NCBI GenBank assembly: GCA_965229705.1
Contig: OZ245922.1
Location: 420,001 to 452,000 of the forward strand
From: Candidatus Saccharimonadota bacterium
GTDB taxonomy: Bacteria; Patescibacteriota; Gracilibacteria; BD1-5; UBA6164
DNA: 32,000 nt
Reading direction: 5' to 3'
Of the stretch, positions 1 through 10,908 are shown one piece after another. The notes beneath the pieces were generated by a model, which searched no databases, was not told the origin of the DNA, and was given only the letters and a program-made list of their open reading frames with translations. Both the position numbers and the translations under genes were made by a program. Positions within the stretch are counted from its first letter, which is position 1. Each line of letters starts with the position of its first letter.

Positions 1-2180
1 ATGCTGGAAAATATACAGAAGAAATCTCTGACTACGAATGAATGCACTACAGAGAAGCAAATGATGTGATCACAGAAAAACTCAAAGAACTATGAAGACT
101 CTTCAAAAAAGAGTCTATCAATCACCGAGTCGCAATGTGTCCTCGTAGTGGTACTCCCCTCATTTATAAAGCGCAAGACTCATGGTTTATCAATATTCAA
201 GATCTCAAAGATAAGCTCATCGACGAAAACGAAGGAATTAACTGGCAGCCAGGGCATCTCAAACATGGACAATTCCTAAAGTCTATGGAAAGTGCTCCTG
301 ACTGGTGTATCTCTCGAACACGATATTGGGGAACTCCTATGCCAATATGGGTAGGTCGAGATAGTGACGGAAAAGATCAGGATATAAAGGTTTTTTGAAG
401 CAAACAAGAAATAGAGTCAGCATCATGAATGAAAATTACAGATCTCCACAGACCATATATTGACGATATCACTTGGGAGGAAAATGGACTCACATATACA
501 AGACTCCCCGAAGTCCTTGATGTATGGATGGATAGTGGCTCGATGCCATACGCGCAAATGCATTACCCATTTGAAAATAGTACTGAGATGGAAGCCAGCT
601 ACCCTGCTGATTTTATCGTTGAGTATATCGGACAAGTCAGAGCCTGGTTTTATGTCATGCATGTTGTCGGAACAGCGCTCTTTGATAAACGAAGTTTTAC
701 CAATGTTATTACAACAGGAATCGTCAACGGATCTGATGGAAGAAAAATGAGTAAATCATACGGAAACTATCCAGATCCTCGAAAAACTATTGAGACATAT
801 GGCGCAGATGCTATCAGATTTTATATGGCAAACTCTCCCCTACTTACAGGTGGGAATATGGATTTTAAAGAAGAATGAATCCTCGAAGTTGTGAAGAAAT
901 TGATCCTCCCACTCTGGAATACCTATTCATTTTTTACGACTTATGCAAATATAGATTGATTTGAACCTATGAACTCTCAAAAAATTAAAGTTCAAGGAAA
1001 CTGAGATTTTTCTGAGAAGAGCATACTTAATAGTAGGAGTTCGAAGAAAATATCTCAAAGTGACGATGAAATTTGAACTTGTTCAAAGCTTCAAAGAAGT
1101 AATCCTCTCGATATCTGGATTATCTCAGAAGTACATAGTCTTACTCAGCAGGTTACAAAAGCAATGGAACACTATGAAGTTACCGAGGCTACTCGTCCAA
1201 TTGTACAATTTATGGATCACCTCACTAACTGGTATATACGTCGAAGTAGGAAGCGTTTTTGGAAAAGTGAAAATGATCAAGATAAAATGCAAGCCTACGA
1301 AACGCTCTATGAAGTACTCATAGAACTATGTAAAATTATGGCACCTTTTACCCCATTTATTACCGAAGAAATATATAAGAATCTTACAGGGAACCTGTCT
1401 GTGCATTTAGAAGATTTTCCTACGAGTAATAGCTCACTCATAGATACTGATCTCAATGCAAACATGAGTCTCTGCCAAAAAATTATTAGTCTTGGTCTTT
1501 CTCTCAGAACAACTCAAAAAATCAGAGTAAGGCAACCTCTTCAAAGTATTTCTATCTGAGAAACGCTTTCTGACTACTACAAAGATATTATTAAAGAAGA
1601 ACTCAATGTGAAAGAAGTCCTCCAAGGAGATAGTAGTTCTATCGCAAAAAAAATATGTAAACCAAATGGTCGACTCATTGGACCAAAATTTGGAAAAGAT
1701 GTAAAAAATATTATTTCACAAGCAAAAGCTGGAAATTTTACAGAAATAGATCAAAATACAATCCTAATTCTCCCTCTTGATAAAGAACAGAAGGGGTGGG
1801 AACTCACTTGAGATGAGTTTGAAATAGCATTTATCAGTGAAGATCACTGTGATAATATCGAGTCATGATTTGGTATGGTGATTTCTATGGATCTAGAGTT
1901 GACTGATGAACTTGTTGCGGAAGGTTATGCTCGTGATATAGTGAGGCATATTCAAGAAGCACGAAAAGAAGCAGGCTATGAGGTTGATGATCGTATCTGT
2001 ATATCTCTCACGCCAGACCTATCGTATTGAGAAGGAAAATGAGTCTCTATTCTTGAAAAATTTTGAAAATATATAGAGTGAGAAACCCTCTCATCACTCG
2101 ATACATCACTCTCTCATGGAGATATCGAAAAAGATATTGAACTCGGTGAAATGACTACAAAGATTATTCTAAAAAAATAA
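1..2180 (+). CDS. ileS: Isoleucyl-tRNA synthetase (5' end outside window; codons phased from nt 3)
   Basis: One frame is open to TAA 2178-2180 when in-frame TGAs are read through. Track fragments 135-398, 429-878, 1164-1559 and 1608-1811 all lie in this frame. Motifs: HRVAMCPRSGTPLIYKAQDSWF, KMSKS loop (GRKMSKSYGN), NWYIRRSRKRFW, C-terminal ELVAEGYARDIVRHIQEARKEAGY. Confidence 0.95.
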
Positions 2181-2188
2181 ATACTCAT

Positions 2189-2794
2189 ATGAACAAAAAA
2201 GAACTACAAGATATGCTCTGAGAAATAACAAAAAATATCGGTCTTTTGGATTTTTATCTTTCGGAAAACAAACTCCTCAAAAAAACAAAAACTCACTTTT
2301 TTGTTTCAGATCTTGATGAGACTCTCTTTTCTCGCAAAAAACAACTCAAAAATGAAGAAGGGCTAAGAAAAAATAGAGGAGAAGCATGAAACACCTATAT
2401 GGTCAATAACATCGGTATTTATGAGATGATAGAAAAGTATTATGTGAAAAAAAAATATCCCCAAGAAATTATTACCACCCTTCACGATCAAGAAAGTCTC
2501 ATACTCACTGCCGGTATGCCCGAGTATCAAGAAATGAAGAAGCGAGCTCTTGGTTTTGATGATATTCCTATGCGTGTGGTAGTGAGTAGTGAGGATAAGA
2601 TTCTTGAGCTGATCAGGTATGTGTTATTTCGACTCAAGTATCTCCCAAAAACTATTACCATTTATGAAGATAGACCAGAGTACTTTATCAAGTATCGCCC
2701 TCTTATAGAAAAAGTTCTCTCATGTCAGCTAAAAATTATGAAGGTAGAAATGGATGGCAACAACGGATACAAAAAGATTGAAGAGGTTTCTTAA
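2189..2794 (+). CDS. HAD-superfamily-like hydrolase (201 aa)
   Basis: ATG 2189 to TAA 2792-2794 with read-through TGA at 2219 and 2387. N-terminal FVSDLDETLF fits HAD motif I (DxDxT). The remainder is unassigned. Confidence 0.55.
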
Positions 2795-2874
2795 AAAAAC
2801 CTGAGAAACCCCTTTTTTCTCTCCTTTTCCAAAGGAGAGATTGCTCGATAGAGCCAGAGAGAATTAGAAATTTT

Positions 2875-4389
2875 CTATTTTTCAGAATTTCCTGAAATCT
2901 CTTGTAATTGTTCTGCATATAATTCTCTTCCCTTTTTTGTCGGAAAATTCCCACTAATACATCAGAGACACATATCTTTTACTTCAACCTGTAGGGCATC
3001 AATAAGCCTCTCTTGGTTTATGTATCTCAGGGAGTTTGCTCAGAGATGTTTCGCAAGTCTTTCGAGCTCATAGTCTTGAGGATTTTGAGGATTTTGAAAG
3101 AATCTATTTGCGAGTAATTCTTCAATTTTGCGTAAGTTAATTGCATAATAACATGGGGCCATAATAGGTGGAGAAGGTATGCGGATATGTACCTCGCTTG
3201 ATTGAAAAAAGTTTTTTACGATTTCTATTAGATATTCAAGTGTTGTTCAACGAACCATACTATCATCTATGAGAATCAATTTTTTTCAGCGAATTTTATC
3301 GATAAGTCCTGGATGAAAAATATATTTCTTTTTCAAAACCTCTATCCTTTCTTCTCTTGTTTTTGCGATAAATGATCGCTTATCAAAATCAGGGTTTTTA
3401 AAAATAGCTGCCTCAAAATGCTGTAAGTTGAGACTATCAGCGTAACCATCAGCACTATCTTTGGAACTAGCTGGAACATGTATCACAACACTATCTTCTC
3501 GAGAAAAGGTATTTCTATCAGTATCTGCAAGATTTTGCCCAAGTCTATAGCGATGTTCACTTGATGTTTCTCCCCAGAGTTGTGTTTTGGGATCAGCAAA
3601 ATATACGGTTTCAAAAAAACAGTGTGATGTTTTTATAGGAAGATCGATATCCATAAGTGACTGCTGAACCTGTGATGATTGTGGTGAAAACTTTATAGAT
3701 TCTCCAGTGTCTACTACCTTGATATGTTTACTATGAATTTTAACTCGTCATAGTGCGCTACTCTCACTTGAAAAATAAATATTTCACTCATGAACACCAT
3801 GAAATACAGGACGAAAACCCCATCTATCTTTTGTAAGGGTAAATCATCACTCACTGTCTGCAAGAACAATATTACAAGATCCATCTATCTTTTCATTAAT
3901 ATTTTCTAAGATTCTTTTGGTATTTTTTTCTCAAGACTTGATATTACTGCGTATCATATATTCAAGTACTTTTGTATCAAATATGGGTCTCTGGAAAAGT
4001 GTTTCGCCTTGCTGCTCTTCAATATTTTGTGCAATATCTTCTGCATTAGCAATATTTCCATTAAAAGCAAAGGCATGATGAAGTCCTGTTTTAATCTCAA
4101 ATGGTTGAAAAGACTCTGTTCATGCTTCGTTTCCTCAACTTGTGGGGTAACGAGCATGTCATATGATTCCGATAATATCTCGAGCTGTATCATGGACTTG
4201 CTGATATATTTGAGGGTCGTTAAGGTCTGTAAACTTCAAAGTTTGTATTCCATCTTGCGCTGTTACGACTGAGAGACCATATCATTCTTGTCCTCTATTT
4301 TTATTTCAACGAAGGAGATTGAGGGCGATTTGTGGAAGATCAGACTTCGATGTTCTCTCTATATCATAAACTCCTATTATTCAGCACAT
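2875..4389 (-). CDS. purF: Amidophosphoribosyltransferase (glutamine-PRPP amidotransferase), Fe-S type
   Basis: ATG at 4389 to TAG 2875-2877, verified codon by codon. Motifs: N-terminal M-C-G(TGA)-IIGV nucleophile Cys, NRGQEG, GHARYPTSGG, AFNGNIAN, RWGFRP, PRPP loop KKLILIDDSMVRGTT, and cluster-type cysteines (HCFFE, APCYY, CLGC). Track fragment 3286-3654 is in the same frame. Confidence 0.93.
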
Positions 4390-4492
4390 GGAAAAATGTA
4401 TTATGTTATAACAACCTTCATAAAGTATGATAACAATATACAGGTAAAGGAGAAATATTTTATTTACTTTATGTAAAAAATTTGTGAAAAAT

Positions 4493-4518
4493 AAAAGTCT
4501 TTCTCAAGAAAGACTTTT
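4493..4518 (-). terminator. Hairpin terminator downstream of the acidic-protein gene
   Basis: Perfect 11-bp stem AAAAGTCTTTC / GAAAGACTTTT with a 4-nt loop. It is followed on the minus strand by a T-rich tract, 34 nt after the TAG stop at 4552-4554. Confidence 0.6.
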
Positions 4519-4551
4519 TATTAAAGTTTATCTTCTATCAACTCATCTGAA

Positions 4552-5160
4552 CTATTTCTTCGCTCATTTTGTGCTAGCTTTTGCAGGAGAGAGCTTCATG
4601 CCTCAAATATCATTCATACTTGAAGTTATTTTATCTGATTCATTATTTAGATCTGCGATTTCTCATTCGAGCTCTGCTTTCTCACCTTCTAAACCTCGTA
4701 TCTTTTCCTCGAGTGCTGCTTTTGTCTCTTCTTTTTTCTTCACTCGTTCTGCAATCTCAGATTTTCTCCCCTCAAGGCTTGATATAGTCGCATCTAAAAT
4801 ACTGTTCATATCTCCTTGTGCAGGAACTTCAAGTACTTTTTCTAAAAGCACTTCTTTCTTTTCTAAATGTTCTTCTTCCTGAGTAATCTCTATAGTTGTA
4901 TCATCTTCAAGTATAACATCGTCAAAAGAAAAATCTCAAAGTGCTTCATCTTCTTGAGAGTCTCATAGTGTTTCGGTTTCATCATCACTGTCAAACGAAA
5001 GAGAAAAATCCTCTTCTTGAGAATCTTGCGCTTCTGATAGTTCAGATGATGTATTTTCTTCTCCTGAATCAAAATTGAAGGTGATTTCCGTATTTTCTTC
5101 AGATGCTGTTTCAGGATTATCGATGATAAGTGTATCATCTTGAGTCGCTTTTGTAGGCAT
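4552..5160 (-). CDS. Hypothetical acidic coiled-coil protein
   Basis: The frame is open from 5196 to TAG 4552-4554 with 5 read-through TGA. Track fragments 4963-5196 and 4663-4851 are in phase. The N-terminal half is D/E/S-rich; the C-terminal half has heptad-like charged repeats (KKKEETKAALEEKIRGLEGEKAELEGEIADL). The start is either 5160 (MPTKAT) or 5196. No family recognised. Confidence 0.5.
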
Positions 5161-5292
5161 AATAAAAGAATATTTATAAAATATCAGATACATCATATCA
5201 TAAAAAAATCATAGAAGCAAAAAACTGAGCCTTTTTTCCTTGAAAATAAAAAATTCACTATATAATTCCCCCATATTTTCTAACAATTTCCT

Positions 5293-5613
5293 ATGGATTT
5301 TAGCAAAGCAGGAGAACTTATGAAACTCCAACAAGAAGCAATGAAAGTGAAGAAAGAACTCGAAAATACTCTCATCGAAGCAGAAGAAAAAGGTCTTGTA
5401 GTAACAATCAACGGAGAAATGAAGGTTGAAAAAGTTGAGTTTGAGACAGAAGAACTTATCGGAGACAAAAAAGGACTTGAAGAGGCTATTATGGTCGCAG
5501 TAAATAAAGGAATGAAAAAAGCTCAAGAAGTCGCAGGATCAAAGATGCAGTGAGTCATGCAAGGTATGGGGCTTGGAGATATGGCTTGAGGTCTTCAGTG
5601 ATTAGGAAAATAA
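5293..5613 (+). CDS. ybaB: YbaB/EbfC-family nucleoid-associated protein
   Basis: ATG 5293 to TAA 5611-5613. Three TGA fall in the Gly-rich tail (QGVMQGMGLGDMAGGLQGLGK). About 106 aa, with KLQQEAMKVKKELE...VVTINGEMKV...LEEAIMVAVNKGMKKAQE typical of the family. Confidence 0.85.
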
Positions 5614-5633
5614 AAGTTTTTCAGACTCTCTTA

Positions 5634-6365
5634 CTACCAACTCTCCCCTTCATCACGATTTCCAGAAGAAAAAAATCTTCTCATCTCAGGAGGAAGAAAA
5701 TTTTCAGAAAAAAAGCTATCGAATCCTCTCAGTGGATCTCAAAATAAATTTTCACTCTCTTGAAGCTCATCCTGTTTTCCAAAAAATTGCTGATTTTGTC
5801 TCTGTTCGTCTTTGAGAGACTCTATAACATTCTCTAACGCTTGAGATTGCTCTTGTGTGAGTCAGTTTTCTTCACCAAGTGATGATTTCTCTTCATCATT
5901 TTCTTTTCATATATTACCTTCTTTTTTCGATGTTCACTCATTTTCCTCAGAAGAATTTCCATCTGCAGTATCATCTTCAAAATCTTGCTGTGAATTCTGA
6001 TGTGATGAAGATTCATCTTGAGAAAGAAGTTTTTCTACTAGTTCAAGATTGTAGCGTGTATCAGGGTGTTCCTGCTTTTGGAGAGAAGCCTGAAAAAAGT
6101 CTCTTGCCTGTTCTCAAAACGATATTTCTCCTGTTTGTATAAATATCTGATAACTGGTGTTTCCGAGGTTATGTAAAACTTTAGGGTTTTTATGGTTCGT
6201 ATATTTTTGGAGTATTTCTTCATATTTTTCTTCTTGATACAAAAATGCTATATCTTTTGATACAAAAAAGTGATATAGTCCCTGTCAAAGAATATATACA
6301 AGTATGAGTAAAAAAGCTCATAATGCACAAGAAAGAAAGATATTTTTTATCAGGTTGTTATCCAT
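5634..6365 (-). CDS. BatC-like membrane-anchored TPR protein with acidic tail
   Basis: ATG 6365 to TAG 5634-5636 (243 aa) after TGA read-through. It has an N-terminal TM helix (NIFLSCALGAFLLILVYILG) and TPR-like helices (AFLYQEEKYEEILQKY...NLGNTSYQ...ARDFFQASLQ). Its start overlaps the stop of the upstream vWA gene (ATGGATAA). Confidence 0.7.
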
Positions 6366-7260
6366 AATGTTTACGAAGAAACAATATACAAAATGCGAGC
6401 CACAAGATACAAGATAGGTATATCAAAGAGTCCATGCCTCCAAAAGATTTTTTTTCTCAAAGAGAAAATTCTTCTCAAAAATCCAAATATACTCCAGACA
6501 CATCTTTTGCAAGTTTTTGTAGCACAGAGGCTTGAAGTCCAGAGTATACCTGTCTTCATTGATAATATATTCCAGGGATAGGAGACTTTTCTTCTTGACC
6601 AACACCAATAAAAAAAATCGATATACTCTGCGTTTTTACTTTTTCTTTTAGGCTGGCAGAAAGTTGTAGTTCTTTTTCATGACCGTCACTATATACTATG
6701 AGTGTTCCTCTATTTTCTCAAAAATGATCCAGAGAATCCTCTAGTCCTTTCAGCATATCACTTCCTCACTTTGATATACTCTTTGAAGAAACTCCTGAAA
6801 GAAGAGTCAAAAATATCTCTCTGTCAGTTGTAAAAGGAATAATTCTTTGCGTTTCTCCAGCAAAAATATTGAGTGCAAAACTATATCATACAGAACGCTC
6901 AAGTATTTCTGATATATTTATTTTTGATGATTCTAAACGGCTCTTTCTTCACATATCAGTAACATTCATACTTTCAGATGTATCGAGGAGAAATATGACT
7001 TTTTCTGCTCAACTTATCGACTCTTCACCATTTTTCTCAATCAAAAAAAATCAGCACAGAAGACCTATAAAGCTCAATACCAAAAAGATTTCTCACATAT
7101 ATTTCTTTCAGAAAGTTGTGAGAAAGCTACTTCATTTTCTCGAGAACAATCTCAAACTCAGTACTTTCAGCACTTGAGACCAGTTTCTTAGGCAATATTT
7201 TTTTATTTCTCAGAGTTTTCTAAAAAATACTCTTATAATGTCATAATTTTTTTTCTTCAT
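6358..7260 (-). CDS. BatB-like von Willebrand factor A (vWA) domain membrane protein
   Basis: ATG 7260 to TAA 6358-6360 (300 aa), checked codon by codon. vWA MIDAS region KVIFLLDTSESM, then NIFAGETQRIIPFT, LIVYSDGHE, IFFIGVG and a C-terminal TM segment. The whole frame is invisible in the standard-code track. An alternative start is at 7098. Confidence 0.8.
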
Positions 7261-8231
7261 AGCAACAAGAGTTGAAAAAGTATACTCAATATAAAAAGTA
7301 TCATAAAAAATTTCTCAAGAGAGTTTTTCTCTACAACTATATCTACTTCTAGTAAATGCTTTTCTAGCTCAGAAATCTCGCGAAAAACCTCCCGAAGCAT
7401 CTTCTCATCTTCTGCTCAAAAATACTGTCATCAAGTCATCTCTGCAAGAGTTCAGAGCGTCTCGCTATCAACTCACTCTACCATAATTCTCTGCATCAAT
7501 CACAAACTATGTGGTAAATACACGGAGCTCTCTCAGGGTTGTCACAGTCCAACAGTATAGAGAATAATGGATTTTTCTTGAAGAAGTTTTCCTGCAATCA
7601 GAGGATCTACTCATGTATTTGCAGATCCGTCACTGAGAAGGATCATTATTTTTTTTCTCTGGTTTTCTCAAAACATATCAGACCCAAGTAAAAGAGCATC
7701 TCATATAGCTGTTCCCTGAAACTTTTGAAAACGAAGTCCTTCTTGGGGAATGATATCTACCTCAAGGCGACTCATAAATTCTTCGAGAAATCAAATATCA
7801 GAAACAAGCGGAATACTCTGAAATGCCTTTCCTGCAAAAAGAACCAGTCACACTCTATCTTGAGAAAGTTCTACAAAAAACTCTTGGAGTACTCTTTTTG
7901 CTGTTTCGAGTCTATTGGGAGACATGTCTTGCGCGAGCATTGAGTAACTCAAGTCGAGTATCACAACGATATCACGCCCTTTTTGACGAGTTTCTTGTAG
8001 TTCATAGCTCTGATATGGTCATGCGAGAAGACCTCATATACAAATAAATGAGATGAGCATACTACATATGAGGAGAGAAAAATATATTGAGTTGTTTCTA
8101 TATATCTGTAAAAGGAGCTTTCCTTGAGAAAAATTTTTTTGCTTCTTCACTCTCGAAATATACACAATAAAAAAAACTGCTACAAACAAAAATGTCAGAA
8201 ATACCAAGGGATATTCAAAAGAAAAAAACAT
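7233..8231 (-). CDS. BatA-like vWA domain membrane protein
   Basis: ATG 8231 to TAA 7233-7235 (332 aa). N-terminal TM helices, MIDAS DIVVILDLSYSM, SPNRLETAKRVL, RVGLVLFAGKAF, GTAIGDAL, IMILLSDGSANTG, LYTVGLG, a TGGQYF motif and a C-terminal TM segment. Confidence 0.87.
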
Positions 8232-8241
8232 AAATAATGGG

Positions 8242-9228
8242 TTATGTATCTTTTTTATGGTGTGTCTTCTGCGAGAGTGATACAGAGGAAAGATACGAGA
8301 TAAGTTCCTCTATATATTTTTGTGCCTCTTCTCTGTAAGATGATCATCACGCTATTTTGGAGTATTCATTCGTGTATGTCCTGCGAAAAATATCAAACAG
8401 TTCAGGATATGCTCATAGCTCTTCCTGTTGCAGCTCTTTCAGGCTCGAAGTTTTTGCATGCATGAGACCCAGGTGATGAAAATAATTTCTCAAAATATGA
8501 TGCAAGCGTGCATAAAACTCTTTTTTAGAATATTGTGGAATCTTTTTTTCGAGTTCTTGGATGAGTCTTATATACTCCTCTTCTTCTGTTTTTTGGTAAA
8601 GCATTATTTTTTTGTTTTTCAGAGAAGTATCAAGTACATCTTTCTTCTGAACAAAATATAAATACAAGAGAGTATAAAATCCTGAAAGAAACACAAAAAC
8701 TCAGGCAATGCTCACAATGAGAGGAAATCTCTCCAGGCGTAAAGGTCGAAGAAGAGTATCTCATAGTTTTTCTTGTTGCATGCTTGACTGAGGTATATCA
8801 GTATTTTGCTGTTTTTTTGTATTTGGTATTTGTGCAGTATGAATATTTTGAGATACCATAGTTCCTATCTGCAAGGTATAGGTCTCGTCGTCTATTATTT
8901 CTGTGTTGGTATCAGAAATCCTTACTGGACCAAGAGTAAAATTCCCTTCTGTATATGCCTGAAGTATTATCTGATAACTACTTGATTGTGACTGCTTGCC
9001 ATTGATACTCTGAAAGCTTGATGACTGCGACTGAGAAATAATATCAAAGTTTTCTATTCCAGGAAGTTCTATCTCTCCAGCTTGTACTCATGAGAGAGAT
9101 ATTTCTATGAAAAATCTCTCTCCTACGACTCACTGAGTTCTGTCAACAGAGAGCTGTATTTTGTCACTTGCAGAGACGGTATAAAGAGGAAAAAATATGC
9201 AGATTAGCAATAGAATAAAACCTTTCAT
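8242..9228 (-). CDS. BatD-like / DUF4381-like membrane protein (signal peptide, beta-rich ectodomain, TM, helical tail)
   Basis: ATG 9228 to TAA 8242-8244 (328 aa). Signal peptide MKGFILLLICIFFPLYTVSA, then VGERFFIEISL...GNFTLGPVRI (BatD-type N-domain), a TM helix and a helical region (EFYARLHHILRNYFHHLGL...T..EL) like DUF4381. Its position just upstream of batA-like fits the operon pattern. Confidence 0.65.
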
Positions 9229-9342
9229 AAAACAATAACATATATATTTCTTGTATCATATTCTCTCACAGCTTTTATGAAATATAAAAAAGAGAAATAA
9301 AACTTGATAATTTATCAAAAACCATTTTAATAAAAAAAAATT

Positions 9343-10425
9343 ATGCATAAAAAAAATACTATGAGTCTCGATCTTCGAATAAGTGTCAGTAATGAAAAAT
9401 ATCATCAAGAAATGCAAGGAAGAATTGCCCCTCTTTTACGGGCATGATTTACACAAGAGTTAATTGAAAAAGCAACCGTAAAAGTAAATGCCACTCTTTG
9501 GATGAAACCCGAAGAAAATATTATACCAAAAATTCAAGGACTCAAAAATCTTGGATTTGCAGATCCTGTGAAACTTATCTCTGCTTTTCCACCAATCCTC
9601 GGTTGTAGTCTCGAAGAAAATATTAGGCCAAAAATTCATATCCTTGACCACTTTATACAAGATATATCATTAGGGAGAGAGCTCATCATACGAGCCCCTG
9701 AAATACTCTCAACAAAGAAAGATAAGTCGTGGATCATTCTGCGTTGACTCTATCACTTATGATTCTTACAAAAAGAATATTATGAGAAAGTGGTACAAAA
9801 CTATAAACGAATCAATATAGAAAATATTGAAAACTTTGTTATTGCTATTATCGAAACTCAGGAGTGAAATGTCAGTGCCAGTGATCTTCTCAAAAAAATA
9901 CGCGAGGTAAAAAAGAGAAGCATAGAAAAAGAAGAAAAGAGAAATTTCCTACAAACCTCTCTTCAGAAAGGAGATTCCAAGAAAAAACTTATTGAAAGGT
10001 ATTTCCGAGGGTATCCTCTCAAAAAAGCGTCTACTCAAAAAAAAACATACTACATAAGTTTTTTTCTCTCTTCAAGCAGTTTCACAAAAGAGAGGTATAT
10101 ATCGGATAATTCGGTGAGAAAAAGTGTTTGAACTCCTATCTTTTCAAGAGCAGATTTCAAAGATTTTTTTTCTTGTAACCTCGCTAAACGATACTGTTCT
10201 CTCTTGCGAATATCTGCAGTATCTATAAATATTTCCTTTTCTCACAGGCTCAGATGACAAATACCCTCTCATTCAAGGGTATCCTCAAATTGACTCGAGA
10301 GATGTATATATATGATATCATGTTTTTGTGAAAGCAGACTCAAACTCTTACTATCAATATCTAGAGTATCACTGAGAAAAAACAGCAGTGATTTCTTCAT
10401 TTTGCAGGAGAGCATACTGCGATAA
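9343..10425 (+). CDS. mTERF-like helical-repeat protein; 3' end uncertain (no TAA/TAG before 10423-10425)
   Basis: ATG 9343. Repeats EENIIPKIQGLKNLGFADPVKLISAFPPILGCSL and EENIRPKIHILDHF...LIIRAPEILS resemble the mTERF motif. The DNA-level repeat GAAGAAAATATTAnnCCAAAAATTCA occurs at 9511 and 9613 (102-nt period). Beyond about 10050 the frame runs antisense through the DUF58 gene and looks non-protein-like. Confidence 0.5.
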
Positions 10426-10886
10426 TCCCTACTGTCACATGAAGAAATATGTTTCATTTTTTCGTCTATTTCTTTATAAAAAAACGGAAGATTTTTATGA
10501 GGTTTTCTTGGCTGTATAAAAGTATTTTCTCCAGAAGAGAGTATATAAGCTCAGAGATTTTCTCACAGTGACTCTGCAATATCTGCTATATGCCTCAAAA
10601 CTTTTTTCATCAGATGTTTCTTGAGATGGTCTTCATAACTCAAAGTCTCACTTATATCACATACACACAAAATATTGATACTTGTTTCTTCGTGATATGT
10701 TCGCATCAATGTTTTAGTGCTACGAGTCGATACCTGCCAATCAATTCGTTTAGCATTATCTCCATAAGAGTATTCTCGATAATGATGAAACTCTTGTCCT
10801 CCACCTCAAAAATGAGAACGAAAATTTCACACCAAAAAAGAAGCAAGAGCTTTTTTTGGGAAAATCTTTGGATATAGTTTTTTCAT
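10050..10886 (-). CDS. DUF58-family protein (MoxR-associated)
   Basis: ATG 10886 to TAG 10050-10052 (278 aa). Motifs HFGGGGQEFHHYREYSYGDNAKRIDWQVSTRSTKTLMRTYHEE and ILCVCDISETL are classic DUF58. It lies 22 nt downstream of moxR. Confidence 0.87.
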
Positions 10887-10908
10887 AGTATTTTTTCTCA
10901 GATTTCTC

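Noticed and set aside
2818-2840. A 7-bp hairpin (TCTCTCC-N9-GGAGAGA) between the convergent HAD gene and purF, considered as a terminator.
   Set aside because: The T-run precedes rather than follows the stem on the plus strand, and the minus-strand version is followed by A residues. It is not a convincing intrinsic terminator in either direction.
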